Source: Ignavibacteriota bacterium (GTDB taxonomy: Bacteria > Bacteroidota > Ignavibacteria > UBA10030). Taken from it: DNA of 64,000 nucleotides. A program made the translations under genes and the position numbers. The DNA lies in contig OY969585.1 in the NCBI GenBank assembly GCA_963701295.1, positions 2,592,001-2,656,000 on the forward strand. Direction: 5' to 3'. The notes under the pieces are model-generated. The model was not told the origin of the DNA, did not search any database, and saw nothing but the letters and a program-made list of their open reading frames with translations. Positions 19,469 through 29,650 of the stretch are shown here, in pieces (the stretch's first letter is position 1; every line of letters begins with the position of its first letter).

Positions 19469-21097
19469 ATGAAGAAAAGATTTTCTTTGGCCGCAGTCGC
19501 GGCATTGGTGGTTGTTAGTATATTTGCCGGCATGGGAATCGATAAACTGATTTCCGCTGACAATATATACACACAGATCAAGAAGTTTGGAGATGTTCTG
19601 AGTGCCACAGACAAGGCATACGTAGAAGATGTTGATACAGGGAAACTGACCGATGCAGCGATTGTTGGAATGCTGAATACACTCGATCCACATTCTGTCT
19701 ATATTCCTCCAAAACAATATGAGAAAGTAGTTGAAGATTTCAAGGGAAAGTTTGAAGGGGTGGGAATTTCTTTCCGCATTCTAAATGACACGATCACCGT
19801 GATTGAGCCTATCGGCGGCGGACCATCAGCACGCATGGGCGTCATTTCAAATGATCGTATCGTAAAAATCAACGATTCGTCATCTATCAAATGGACCGAT
19901 CAACAAGTGATGCACACTCTCCGTGGACCAAAAGGCACGAGAGTAAAGATTTCCATTGTGCGCCCGAGTGTGAAGGAAATCCTTGAGTTCGTTATTATCC
20001 GTGATGAGATCGCGATCACGAGTGTCGATGCTGCATTTATGCTGGATAAGGAAATAGGCTATATTCTCGTGAATCAATTCAAGGAGACAACACACACCGA
20101 AATGGAAAAAGCGCTTCAAAAGCTCCACGAAGATGGAATGAAAAAGCTCATCCTTGATTTACGGAATAACGGTGGCGGGTATTTAGAAGAAGCTGTTCGT
20201 ATGGTCGATCAATTCCTTGACGGTGGAACAAACGAAAACCCACATCGAATAGTTTACACAAAAGCTCGGAAACCAGAGTTTGAAGAAACATACTCTGCGA
20301 AAACAGGCGATCCCTATGAGAAACTTCCGCTAATCATTCTTATCAATAATGCCTCTGCAAGCGCAAGCGAAATAGTAGCAGGTGCGATTCAAGACTGGGA
20401 TCGCGGGTTAATCGTCGGTGAGACCTCATTTGGCAAGGGATTGGTTCAGAGGCAGTGGCCGTTACAGGATGGTTCGGCATTCCGGCTTACGGTTGCACGA
20501 TATTATACACCGAGCGGACGTCTGATCCAGCGGTCGTATGAAGGAAAAGACAAAGATGAATATCAAATGGAAGCTTTTCAGAGGGACGAGCAGGAAGGAG
20601 ACAATCTCGAGCACAAACATGATGCGAAGCCTGATACAACTATTCCCATTTTTAAAACAAATGGTGGACGAACTGTCCTCGGTGGTGGAGGCATCACACC
20701 GGATTATGTTGTTAAATCTGAAAGGGCAACTGGATTGGTCTTGACAATATTTCGCAAGAACCTCTTCTATGACTTTATCAAAATCTATATGGAAGGACCG
20801 GGGTTTACACTGAGAAAAAAGTATGATAAACAGTATGAAGAATATAAATGGAAATATACCATATCGGATGAATTCATGAATGAGTTTCGCAAGTTTGTCG
20901 AGAGTAAAGAAATTAAAATCGATGAGAAAGAATATTTGAAAGATATTGATTTCTTAAAAGCACGGCTCAAAGCGGAAATAGCGCAAATGATTTTTGGATT
21001 CGAGGGATCTGTTGGTGTTTTGGCGGGCGTCGATAATCAAATACAGAAAGCGTTAACTCTCTTCCCAGAAGCAGAGAAAATTGCTAAACTAGAATAG
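19469..21097 (+). CDS. ctpA: S41 C-terminal processing protease
   Basis: LDPHS, PDZ domain, DLRNNGGG, SASASEIVAGA, FGKG motifs. Start placed at MKKRFS. Confidence 0.92.
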   Translation: MKKRFSLAAVAALVVVSIFAGMGIDKLISADNIYTQIKKFGDVLSATDKAYVEDVDTGKLTDAAIVGMLNTLDPHSVYIPPKQYEKVVEDFKGKFEGVGISFRILNDTITVIEPIGGGPSARMGVISNDRIVKINDSSSIKWTDQQVMHTLRGPKGTRVKISIVRPSVKEILEFVIIRDEIAITSVDAAFMLDKEIGYILVNQFKETTHTEMEKALQKLHEDGMKKLILDLRNNGGGYLEEAVRMVDQFLDGGTNENPHRIVYTKARKPEFEETYSAKTGDPYEKLPLIILINNASASASEIVAGAIQDWDRGLIVGETSFGKGLVQRQWPLQDGSAFRLTVARYYTPSGRLIQRSYEGKDKDEYQMEAFQRDEQEGDNLEHKHDAKPDTTIPIFKTNGGRTVLGGGGITPDYVVKSERATGLVLTIFRKNLFYDFIKIYMEGPGFTLRKKYDKQYEEYKWKYTISDEFMNEFRKFVESKEIKIDEKEYLKDIDFLKARLKAEIAQMIFGFEGSVGVLAGVDNQIQKALTLFPEAEKIAKLE

Positions 21098-21104
21098 GGA
21101 TAAT

Positions 21105-21980
21105 TTGATTAAAATGAAATCGCAGCGGATTCTGGGTGGTAGTGCTATTGCTTTACTCATAGTTTCACAAACTTTTTTTTGCTTCTCAAAGCAAAACCAA
21201 GACTCTTCCGGAAATTCTGTTGAGTCGACAAAACCTCCGATAAAAAGGATGCTTCAAGTGGGAGAAGAATTGGAGTATAGTGTTCACTATTCGTTTTTCA
21301 ATATCGGAAAAATAATTTTCAGAGTAACAGATAAAGAAGAACGAAATGGAAGGACAGTGTACCATGCTTCTGCGTTCATGGATTCGAATCCATCACTCAG
21401 TTGGCTGGCTGAGCTGCATGTCCGGTTTCATAGTGAAATTGATCAAGATGCATTTTCTTACGGATGGGTGAGCGAAGATAGCTCGAGCAATAAAGTGAAA
21501 TATCGGAAAATGAGGTTCGATTATACGGGAAAAAAGATGTACTTCGAATGGGGAGAGACATTTCCATCAGGTGAGCGAAAGCAAAACGGTACAGACACTG
21601 TTGCTATTACGCAAGAATGTCAGGATGGGTTATCACTGTTCTATTATGCACGAGAACATGTGCTAGAGAAAAGGCAGAAGAGTATCCCAACCTTCATCGA
21701 CACAAACGAAGTGATAACAAAAATAAATTTGGGTGTTGAAAACTTGGAAGAAGAGATTGACGCAGTTGATTATCCGATTGATGTTGTCAAGCTGGACGGA
21801 CGTGCAGAATTTGTAGGAGTATTCGGCTTGACCGGTGCCTTTGAAGGAGTTTTTAGCAACGATCTTGCTGGTATTCCTATAACCGCAAGGATGAAAGTAG
21901 TTGTAGGAAGCGTTCGCGTGGAATTAAGGAAGTGGAAACGTGGCGATTGGATACCGCCCAAAACGACGACAGATAATTGA
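21105..21980 (+). CDS. DUF3108-family protein
   Basis: GEELEY.V.Y, QDGLS..YY.R, SND...IP pattern; signal peptide. Confidence 0.75.
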   Translation: MIKMKSQRILGGSAIALLIVSQTFFCFSKQNQDSSGNSVESTKPPIKRMLQVGEELEYSVHYSFFNIGKIIFRVTDKEERNGRTVYHASAFMDSNPSLSWLAELHVRFHSEIDQDAFSYGWVSEDSSSNKVKYRKMRFDYTGKKMYFEWGETFPSGERKQNGTDTVAITQECQDGLSLFYYAREHVLEKRQKSIPTFIDTNEVITKINLGVENLEEEIDAVDYPIDVVKLDGRAEFVGVFGLTGAFEGVFSNDLAGIPITARMKVVVGSVRVELRKWKRGDWIPPKTTTDN

Positions 21981-22489
21981 ACAGTTTAATTTCATATCGG
22001 GGGCAAATACCGCGACTTCATCCTTCGGTATTTGTTGCTGAGGGTGCAAAGATCATTGGTGACGTGGAAATTGAAGAGAAGAGCAGCATTTGGTTTCATG
22101 CAGTTGTTCGTGGTGATGTAAATTATATTCGTATCGGTGCATGTACGAATGTTCAGGATAATTCGGTTTTGCACGTGACGACACAGACTGCACCGCTTCA
22201 TATCGGCTCGGAGGTGACTATTGGGCACAGCGCTGTTCTCCATGGATGCACTGTTGACGATTGTTGTTTGATCGGCATGGGGGCAATTGTGCTGGATGGT
22301 GTACGCATTTGCAGAAATTCTATTGTGGCTGCAGGTGCGATGGTATTGGAAGGATTTAATGTTCCGGAAGGGATGCTTGTTGCCGGAGTTCCGGCAAAAA
22401 TTAGACGATCTCTTACAGAAGAAGAAAAACAATTTTTACATCAGTGGGCTGCGAACTATGTACGCTATCGTGATAACTATCGATCATGA
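21977..22489 (+). CDS. Gamma-carbonic anhydrase-like protein (YrdA/PaaY)
   Basis: Hexapeptide repeats, RGDVN.I.IG..TNVQD, GH...LHGC motifs. Confidence 0.92.
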   Translation: MNSLISYRGQIPRLHPSVFVAEGAKIIGDVEIEEKSSIWFHAVVRGDVNYIRIGACTNVQDNSVLHVTTQTAPLHIGSEVTIGHSAVLHGCTVDDCCLIGMGAIVLDGVRICRNSIVAAGAMVLEGFNVPEGMLVAGVPAKIRRSLTEEEKQFLHQWAANYVRYRDNYRS

Positions 22490-22508
22490 ATAACCAAAGA
22501 GACATACT

Positions 22509-23411
22509 ATGAAACTTACATTTTGGGGCGTGCGCGGTTCCATTCCGACTCCTGGAAAGCATACTGTTCGCTATGGCGGCAATACTCCATGTTTGGAACT
22601 CCGTCTGGATGACGATCGGCTGATTATTTTCGATGCCGGTACAGGGATACGTAGTTTCGGTGATTATTTGATCAATAAGGGAGAATCCGTCAAAGCGCAT
22701 CTTTTCATTTCGCACCCGCACTGGGATCACATTCAGGGATTTCCATTTTTCAAGCCGGCATTCATTCCCGGCAACGAGTTGACAATTATTGGAACAGATC
22801 GTGCTGAGAAAACGCTGAACGAAATTATCTCGGAACAAATGAACCGAATCTATTTCCCAGTACAGCTTCATGATCTCAAGGCGAAGATAAAATTTGTACC
22901 AATTAGAGAAGAAGGCGAAATAAAAGTGCATGATGCGTTAGTGAAAATGATCTACGTGAATCATCCTGGATTCTCGCTTGGGTATCGCGTAGAATACAAA
23001 GGAAAGTCACTCATTTACATCAGCGACAACGAGCCGTTTGACAAGGCATCAGCGACTTTAATGAGTAATTTTGAGCCGAAAGTAAAAGAAAAATTTATGA
23101 ATGATAGCAACGGCGATCCCAACCAACGTATCTTTGATTTTTGCCGGAGCGCAGATGTGCTGATTCATGACACGACCTATACGCCGGAAGAGTACATTGA
23201 TCGTATTGGCTGGGGACACTCGGATTATCTCTTCTCGCTTCGATTAGCAGCGGAAGCGAATGTCCGGCGATTGTATATTTTTCATCACGATCAGAATCAT
23301 AGCGACGAAAAAGTGGATGACATTTTAAAAAAATGTAAAAAGGAGATCAGAAGCCGGGGGTACAAATTCGAGTGTGAAGCCGCTGTTGAGAATACAACCA
23401 TTTCTATCTGA
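22509..23411 (+). CDS. MBL-fold metallo-hydrolase
   Basis: GVRGSIP, YGGNT.C, SHPHWDHIQG, GWGHS, FHH motifs. Confidence 0.9.
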   Translation: MKLTFWGVRGSIPTPGKHTVRYGGNTPCLELRLDDDRLIIFDAGTGIRSFGDYLINKGESVKAHLFISHPHWDHIQGFPFFKPAFIPGNELTIIGTDRAEKTLNEIISEQMNRIYFPVQLHDLKAKIKFVPIREEGEIKVHDALVKMIYVNHPGFSLGYRVEYKGKSLIYISDNEPFDKASATLMSNFEPKVKEKFMNDSNGDPNQRIFDFCRSADVLIHDTTYTPEEYIDRIGWGHSDYLFSLRLAAEANVRRLYIFHHDQNHSDEKVDDILKKCKKEIRSRGYKFECEAAVENTTISI

Positions 23412-23413
23412 AC

Positions 23414-23442
23414 TTGACATTCACTGAGGCGGAATGTATATT
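23414..23442 (+). promoter_or_regulatory. Sigma70-type promoter of hypothetical-ybeY-smg-topA-xerC operon
   Basis: TTGACA-17 nt-TATATT. Confidence 0.7.
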
Positions 23443-23559
23443 GGCGATGGTTGTTTGTACCCTGAGTGCTTGTAGCAGAACAGCAGGCTTGGATATACGA
23501 AGAACAAGTGTAGAAAAAAGAAACATGAATTAAAAAGATTTTCTTTGAGACAAGTGAGA

Positions 23560-24048
23560 ATGACATTCGAATTCAAACAAAAAGATTTTCAAAAATTGGC
23601 ACAAGTGCTGGAGGTCAAGCCGAAGCGTATTGGCAGCAGCATGCGTTTTGAAATTGAAAATATAAGACAGCAGCGTAAACTGGCAGTAGAGATCTATTCC
23701 AATATCGAAATCGGTAATCGAAAAGGAAGTCTCATTTCGGTCTATACTTCCACGGCACATCTACAGTTGCATTTCTGTACGGGGTATGTTGTCAGTAAGA
23801 TGTTAGGAGAAATTACTTTTATCGGAGAGTCAGATGGAAAACTTTCTGGCCTAACCATTGAACGCGAAGGCGGATGTTCGCTCTACGCGAATGTTGATCG
23901 AGAAATTTTATCCGGTGATTTCACAAAACTGGGACCCGAAGTAATGCTCTCGGGTATTGCATTGTCATTGACCGAATCGATTCTTCCACCGCAAGTTCAC
24001 AAGAAACCATTGGAACGTGTGCGGGGAAGGAGCCAGAAGCGGAGATGA
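23560..24048 (+). CDS. Hypothetical protein (beta-rich)
   Basis: About 162 aa, lies after a clear promoter and overlaps ybeY by 4 nt (ATGA). Confidence 0.75.
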   Translation: MTFEFKQKDFQKLAQVLEVKPKRIGSSMRFEIENIRQQRKLAVEIYSNIEIGNRKGSLISVYTSTAHLQLHFCTGYVVSKMLGEITFIGESDGKLSGLTIEREGGCSLYANVDREILSGDFTKLGPEVMLSGIALSLTESILPPQVHKKPLERVRGRSQKRR

Positions 24049-24482
24049 CGCAGAGAATGATTCTTATATCAACCAACCATCCTCATTTGCAGTTTTCTAG
24101 TGGGGATGTTCTCTGTACATTGCATCTTGTCTATCAAGGAGAAGGGAAGGAACTTCCTTCACTCGCAATCGTCTTTACCCATAGCCGTTCCATCAGAAAG
24201 ATGAATCGGGAATTTCTCAAACACGACTATGCAACTGATGTAATCACTTTCCCGCTTGGTGAAGATGGCGGCGTGGAAGGGGAAATTTATATTAATTTGG
24301 ATGCAGCGCGAAAACAAGCCCGTGAATATGGTGTGACGTACACTCAAGAATCGCGTCGACTGCTGATCCACGGTGCGCTTCATTTGCTTGGATACGATGA
24401 CACAACGCTACGCAGAAAGAAAAAGATGAGTGAGCGTGAGGATATGTATTTAGAATTGATGAAGAGAAAGAAAAGGAAGTAA
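24045..24482 (+). CDS. ybeY: rRNA maturation endoribonuclease YbeY
   Basis: TDVITF, GEIYI, HGALHLLGYD motifs. Confidence 0.93.
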   Translation: MTQRMILISTNHPHLQFSSGDVLCTLHLVYQGEGKELPSLAIVFTHSRSIRKMNREFLKHDYATDVITFPLGEDGGVEGEIYINLDAARKQAREYGVTYTQESRRLLIHGALHLLGYDDTTLRRKKKMSEREDMYLELMKRKKRK

Positions 24483-24488
24483 TGAATT

Positions 24489-24935
24489 ATGCAAGAACGG
24501 ATTGTGGAGATTATATTATATCTTGTAAGTGAATTGCGTTCTAATAAACGTCTTAGTGATGTGGATGTGTCGTCACTAACGCGTGATGGTTATACACAAG
24601 GCGAAATTTCATCAGCATTTTCATGGCTCTTTGAACGTCTTTCTCTGGGAAAGTCTATGACTGATGTTACCAGCGGATCCAGCACATCACACCGTATGTT
24701 GAATGATACTGAGAAGATGGTCGTTGACTCACAAGCATACGGTTATTTGATTCAATGTCAACAGCTTGGACTTCTTAACAATATTGATGTAGAAACCATC
24801 ATTGAACGAATTATGATAGCAGGATTTACGACCATAGGATTACCGGAAATGAAATCTTTTGTTGCTGGATATTTGTTTGATCTAGAAGGCAGCAGTGGAC
24901 AAGTTTCACTTGGTATGAATGATACGATTCATTGA
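24489..24935 (+). CDS. smg: DUF494/Smg-family protein
   Basis: L..GY...EI..AFSWL, R.L...E, C-terminal IH; typical position before topA. Confidence 0.8.
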   Translation: MQERIVEIILYLVSELRSNKRLSDVDVSSLTRDGYTQGEISSAFSWLFERLSLGKSMTDVTSGSSTSHRMLNDTEKMVVDSQAYGYLIQCQQLGLLNNIDVETIIERIMIAGFTTIGLPEMKSFVAGYLFDLEGSSGQVSLGMNDTIH

Positions 24936-24947
24936 AGAATAGGCAGT

Positions 24948-27206
24948 ATGGAAAAATCACTTATTATTGTAGAATCTCCAGCCAAAGCAAAAACCATCAA
25001 CAAATATTTAGGTAAGGAATATATTGTTGAAGCTTCTGTTGGTCACATCAAGAATCTTCCAAAAAGTAAATTGAGTGTTGATATCGATAACGACTTTTCA
25101 GTGGTATATGAAACGATCGTAGGAAAAGAAGATATTGTAGCACGAATCAAAGAAAAAGCAGCGAAAGCAAAAGCAGTATTTATCGCAACTGATCCAGACC
25201 GTGAAGGCGAAGCAATTGCTGCACATATAGCCGATGAGGTAAAGGATGTCAATAAGCACATTCGACGCGTACTGTTTCATGAAATTACAGAAACCGGTGT
25301 CAAGGATGGCATGGCACATCCGAAGAAGATCGACGCACATATGGTAATGTCTCAACAAGCGCGGCGTGCGATGGATCGAATTGTAGGATATAAAGTAACA
25401 CCGTTCGTTTGGAAGACGATGTATTATGGTCTATCGGCTGGGCGGGTTCAATCTGTAGCATTGCGGCTGATCTGTGAACGGGAAGCATCCATTCTGAAGT
25501 TTGTGCCCAAAGAATACTGGTCGTTGACTGCAGAATTCACAACTTTGCATGATGATAAATTTCTAGCGAAACTTGTAAAAGTTGCCGATGATGATCCGAA
25601 AATTCCGGATGAAACAACGTCAAACGGATATATTGCAGATGTTCGGAAACAACGATATGAAATAACGAATGTCTCTCGAAAACCGGTTAAGCGAAATGCC
25701 CCGGCGCCTTTTATCACCAGTACGTTGCAACAGGAAGCAGCGAAACGTCTTCGCATGTCCTCTAAACGGACAATGATGCTGGCACAGAAGTTATATGAAG
25801 GTCAGGAAATCGGTGAAGAGGGACTAACAGGACTCATTACCTATATGCGTACCGACTCAACTCGTTTGAGTGAAGAAGCAGTAGCGCAAATACGAGAGTA
25901 CATTTATAACAATTATGGTAAAGAGTACCTCCCAAAAGAACCACGTCTTTTTAAAAAGGGCAAAGCGTCACAGGATGCACATGAAGCCATTCGGCCTACT
26001 TCTGTTAAGCTCACACCAAAAGTTGTGAAGAAATATCTCGATAAAGATATGTTTGCGCTGTACGAACTCATCTGGAATCGTTTCATTGCTTGCCAGATGG
26101 AACCGGCAGAATTTGAACAAATCACAGTGGAAGTTACGGGAGGAGATTATCTTTTCCGAGCAAGCGATCAACTTCCGACATTTCGCGGGTTCCTTCAGGT
26201 GTATGATGACATTGTGGAAGAGAACGGTGGAGAACAAGAGGATGCAGATCCGACATCAAAACTTCCAGCGAATTTAGCGAAAGGTCAAGCAGCTCAGCTT
26301 ACAGAACTCCTTCCTTTGCAGCATTTCACTAAACCGCCAGGTCGATATACGGAAGCTAGTCTGGTAAAGGAATTAGAATCGCTAGGTATCGGCCGTCCGA
26401 GTACGTATGCAATGATTGTTACAACAGTGGTTGATCGAAAATATGTTGAACAGAAAGAACGAAAGCTGTACGCTTCTGAACTTGGCATGCAGGTGAATAA
26501 ATTACTCGTCAGTCATTTCCCTGAGATATTCAACGTAAAGTTTACTGCAAAAATGGAGGAGGAGTTAGATACGATTGCATCCGGTAAACAAGAATATTTG
26601 AATGTCATGAAAGATTTTTATGGTCCCTTTCATCATGCAGTGGAGAAAGCTTCCGGTTTAGCATCAACCATTAAAAAATCGATGCAGGAAACAACAGGAG
26701 AAATATGCGAGTTGTGCGGTAAGCCGATGGTGACAAAATGGGGACGGAATGGAAGATTCATGGCATGCACAGGATATCCGGGATGCAAGAATACTAAGCC
26801 GCTTGCCGAAGACGCAGAGAAACATCAGCATGTTGTAGGCGGGAAGTGCGACCTCTGTGAAGGTGACATGGTAGTAAAGGGAGGACGATTCGGGGCATTT
26901 CTTGGGTGTTCAAATTATCCTACATGCAAGAATACAAAACCCATTTCTATGGGTATCAAATGTCCGAAATGTAAAGAGGGCGATCTTATCGAGCGAAAAA
27001 CAAAGAAAGGCAAGCGAACATTTTATGGATGTTCGAAATACCCTAATTGTGATTTTGCTTCTTGGGATAAACCTGTCGCTCAAGCATGTACGTCCTGCGG
27101 CAATGAATATATCGTGGCGAAATACTCTCAGACAAAAGGTGAGTACATGGTTTGTCCTGCATGTAAACAAGAAGTAGATCAGATAGAAGTTGCCGCTTCG
27201 GCATAA
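24948..27206 (+). CDS. topA: DNA topoisomerase I
   Basis: IVESPAKAKTI, DPDREGE, SAGRVQS, ITYMRTDS motifs; C-terminal zinc ribbons. Confidence 0.97.
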   Translation: MEKSLIIVESPAKAKTINKYLGKEYIVEASVGHIKNLPKSKLSVDIDNDFSVVYETIVGKEDIVARIKEKAAKAKAVFIATDPDREGEAIAAHIADEVKDVNKHIRRVLFHEITETGVKDGMAHPKKIDAHMVMSQQARRAMDRIVGYKVTPFVWKTMYYGLSAGRVQSVALRLICEREASILKFVPKEYWSLTAEFTTLHDDKFLAKLVKVADDDPKIPDETTSNGYIADVRKQRYEITNVSRKPVKRNAPAPFITSTLQQEAAKRLRMSSKRTMMLAQKLYEGQEIGEEGLTGLITYMRTDSTRLSEEAVAQIREYIYNNYGKEYLPKEPRLFKKGKASQDAHEAIRPTSVKLTPKVVKKYLDKDMFALYELIWNRFIACQMEPAEFEQITVEVTGGDYLFRASDQLPTFRGFLQVYDDIVEENGGEQEDADPTSKLPANLAKGQAAQLTELLPLQHFTKPPGRYTEASLVKELESLGIGRPSTYAMIVTTVVDRKYVEQKERKLYASELGMQVNKLLVSHFPEIFNVKFTAKMEEELDTIASGKQEYLNVMKDFYGPFHHAVEKASGLASTIKKSMQETTGEICELCGKPMVTKWGRNGRFMACTGYPGCKNTKPLAEDAEKHQHVVGGKCDLCEGDMVVKGGRFGAFLGCSNYPTCKNTKPISMGIKCPKCKEGDLIERKTKKGKRTFYGCSKYPNCDFASWDKPVAQACTSCGNEYIVAKYSQTKGEYMVCPACKQEVDQIEVAASA

Positions 27207-27237
27207 AAGATGTAAGAATAACAGAACGAAAAAGACT

Positions 27238-28134
27238 ATGGAGAAGATCGTCAGAGGTTACCTCGAATATTTAGAAACAGAACGTAATTATTCTGCTCAT
27301 ACAATTCTTTCGTACGAAACAGACTTGATAAGTTTTATTCAATTTCTTCGGAACGAAAAGATTGAATCGTTTGACCAAGTACATAAGGAATCGTTAAGAG
27401 CATTTATTGGATTTCTTCTCGATGAAGGCTTTGGCCAAAGGAGTGTTGCTAGAAAAATTGCATCACTGCGTTCGTTTTTCAAATATCTTCGGAGACATAA
27501 AATCGTGGAGAGTAATCCAGCGTTAGTGCTCATCACGCCGAATGTAGGAAAGAGATTGCCAATGTTCTTGGATGAACAATCGATGCGCAAACTTTTTTTA
27601 TCTTCAGATCAATCCGGACCGAATAAAAAAAGAGATCTGGCAATTATGGAATTGTTTTACAGTACTGGTATCCGCCTCAGTGAATTAATTAATCTTACGT
27701 TGAACGATCTAAAGCAGGAAGAAGGACTGATCAAAGTAAAGGGAAAGGGACGCAAAGAGCGTATAGTACCTGTGGGGAAAAAAGCATTATTAGTAATCAA
27801 CGAATACCTTGCCACAAGAAGAGATTTGTTATTGGTAGCACAGAGAACTCACAACGAGTGTTCTTTGTTTGTAACCGGAAAAGGTCAGAAATTGTATCCT
27901 CAGGCAGTTGGTCGAATTGTTCGGAAGTACATTGGAGCGGTTTCAGAGATTGAGAAAAAGAGTCCCCATGTACTGCGTCATACATTCGCAACGCACTTGC
28001 TTAATCATGGAGCCGATATACGCGCCGTGAAAGAATTGTTAGGACACGAAAGCTTGTCTACCACACAGGTTTACACCCATGTATCATCTGCGCGCATGAA
28101 AAAGGTCTATGAGGAATCACATCCAAAGGCGTAG
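27238..28134 (+). CDS. xerC: Tyrosine recombinase XerC
   Basis: TGIRLSEL, KGKG.KER, HVLRHTFATH, LGH.SLSTTQVYTH motifs; topA-xerC-hpf context. Confidence 0.9.
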   Translation: MEKIVRGYLEYLETERNYSAHTILSYETDLISFIQFLRNEKIESFDQVHKESLRAFIGFLLDEGFGQRSVARKIASLRSFFKYLRRHKIVESNPALVLITPNVGKRLPMFLDEQSMRKLFLSSDQSGPNKKRDLAIMELFYSTGIRLSELINLTLNDLKQEEGLIKVKGKGRKERIVPVGKKALLVINEYLATRRDLLLVAQRTHNECSLFVTGKGQKLYPQAVGRIVRKYIGAVSEIEKKSPHVLRHTFATHLLNHGADIRAVKELLGHESLSTTQVYTHVSSARMKKVYEESHPKA

Positions 28135-28188
28135 ATTCAAAGAGAACGTCCTATCTATGCGTACGCTTAGTGAGAAGGAGTATTCGCG

Positions 28189-28521
28189 ATGAACATCAAA
28201 GTCACTTCAAGACATTTCAAATCACACAACTCGCTCTCGGAGTATGCAAAGAACTCCATTGAAGAGCTGTCGCATTTTTATGATGGCATCATCAAAGCAG
28301 AAGTTATTTTTTCCTTTGAAAAAGCACGGAATAGTGTGAAGATTGCAGAATTATCTCTCACCGTCTATGGTGCGGTGCTAACCGGTATAGGCAAGAGTGA
28401 AGAATTTGAAAAGTCTATCGATTTAGCACTTGCAAAAATAAAAACTCGTTTAAAAAAATACAAAGAAAGGCTTCATACAAAAGACAAAAAAGGTGTAAGA
28501 AAAATACGTGAGAAAGAATAA
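28189..28521 (+). CDS. hpf: Ribosome hibernation factor (RaiA/HPF)
   Basis: MNIKVTSRH start and SID...K...RLKKYKE motif. Confidence 0.88.
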   Translation: MNIKVTSRHFKSHNSLSEYAKNSIEELSHFYDGIIKAEVIFSFEKARNSVKIAELSLTVYGAVLTGIGKSEEFEKSIDLALAKIKTRLKKYKERLHTKDKKGVRKIREKE

Positions 28522-28541
28522 CCAACCCGGGAGACGGGACG

Positions 28542-29549
28542 ATGGCGCTGGAAAACATGAAAGAAACACAAAATAATAATATCACGGTTGGTTCTCTGTT
28601 CGAAGTCCTCAAGAAGCGGCTCACCTTAGAGACAGCCAACGGTAATGTTGGATTTGAAAGAGAGATCGCGGATAAAAATATTAACAGGCCTGGATTAGCA
28701 CTTGCTGGATATGTGGAGTTGTTCACCTACGATCGCGTGCAGATTTTTGGTAATACAGAAGTCCGTTATCTCAATCACTTGACCTTCGCTGAAAGGGTCA
28801 AAGCATTTCAGACAATCTTTCAATTTGATTTACCTTGTATTTTTGTTACAAGTGAAAACAAGCTCGACGACGAACTTATTGCCATCGCATCGGAACATCA
28901 TGTATCAGTTATCTTAACACCATTGGAAACTACAAAGTTTGTCTATTTCCTCAGTGATTTTCTTGACGACCATTTTGCGCCTCAAACTGTTTTGCACGGT
29001 TCTTTTATGGATGTCTATGGCATTGGGGTGTTGATCACAGGGCGTTCGGGTATCGGCAAGAGTGAAATTGCGTTGGATCTCATTGAGCGAGGACATCGAC
29101 TTGTTGCAGATGACGTAGTTATGGTCTCTCGCAAGGGGGAGGGAATTTTGTTAGGTGCGGGTTCGGATGTCGTAAAAAATTATATGGAAATTCGTGGCCT
29201 CGGATTGATTGATGTTCGTTCTATCTTTGGCATTCAGGCAATTCGTTTTCAGAAACGCGTTGAAGTCATTGTAGAATTGCAGGAATGGAAGAATGATGTT
29301 GAATACACACGTACAGGCTTAGATCACGAATACATTCCTATCCTAGGAGTTAATCTTCCCCATATCAAATTACCAATTTTTCCCGGTAAAAATATCACTG
29401 TCATCGTCGAAGTGATAGCTTTGGATTATCTCCTTAAACAATATGGATATGATTCGGCGCAGGAATTTAAAAAGCGACTTGATTCTACAATTGCCGAAAA
29501 AACGAAGGGAAAGAGGGCTATTAACTATTTTCATCACGATTTTGAATAA
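28542..29549 (+). CDS. hprK: HPr(Ser) kinase/phosphorylase
   Basis: RPGLALAGY, GRSGIGKSE, GHRLVADD, MEIRGLG motifs. Confidence 0.96.
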   Translation: MALENMKETQNNNITVGSLFEVLKKRLTLETANGNVGFEREIADKNINRPGLALAGYVELFTYDRVQIFGNTEVRYLNHLTFAERVKAFQTIFQFDLPCIFVTSENKLDDELIAIASEHHVSVILTPLETTKFVYFLSDFLDDHFAPQTVLHGSFMDVYGIGVLITGRSGIGKSEIALDLIERGHRLVADDVVMVSRKGEGILLGAGSDVVKNYMEIRGLGLIDVRSIFGIQAIRFQKRVEVIVELQEWKNDVEYTRTGLDHEYIPILGVNLPHIKLPIFPGKNITVIVEVIALDYLLKQYGYDSAQEFKKRLDSTIAEKTKGKRAINYFHHDFE

Positions 29550-29563
29550 CGTGATGGTGATTC

Positions 29564-29592
29564 TTGACAAAGAATTGATAATTACCTATTTT
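29564..29592 (+). promoter_or_regulatory. Sigma70-type promoter of M23 peptidase gene
   Basis: TTGACA-17 nt-TATTTT. Confidence 0.55.
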
Positions 29593-29650
29593 CAGCCAGA
29601 GCGTAGTCTGAGTTTGTAGATGGGTTTGTCGTTGATAGAATTTGATATAC

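Noticed and set aside
27238-28134. Integron integrase or prophage integrase
   Set aside because: It has typical XerC length and the topA-xerC-hpf housekeeping context, with no IntI-specific insertion evident.
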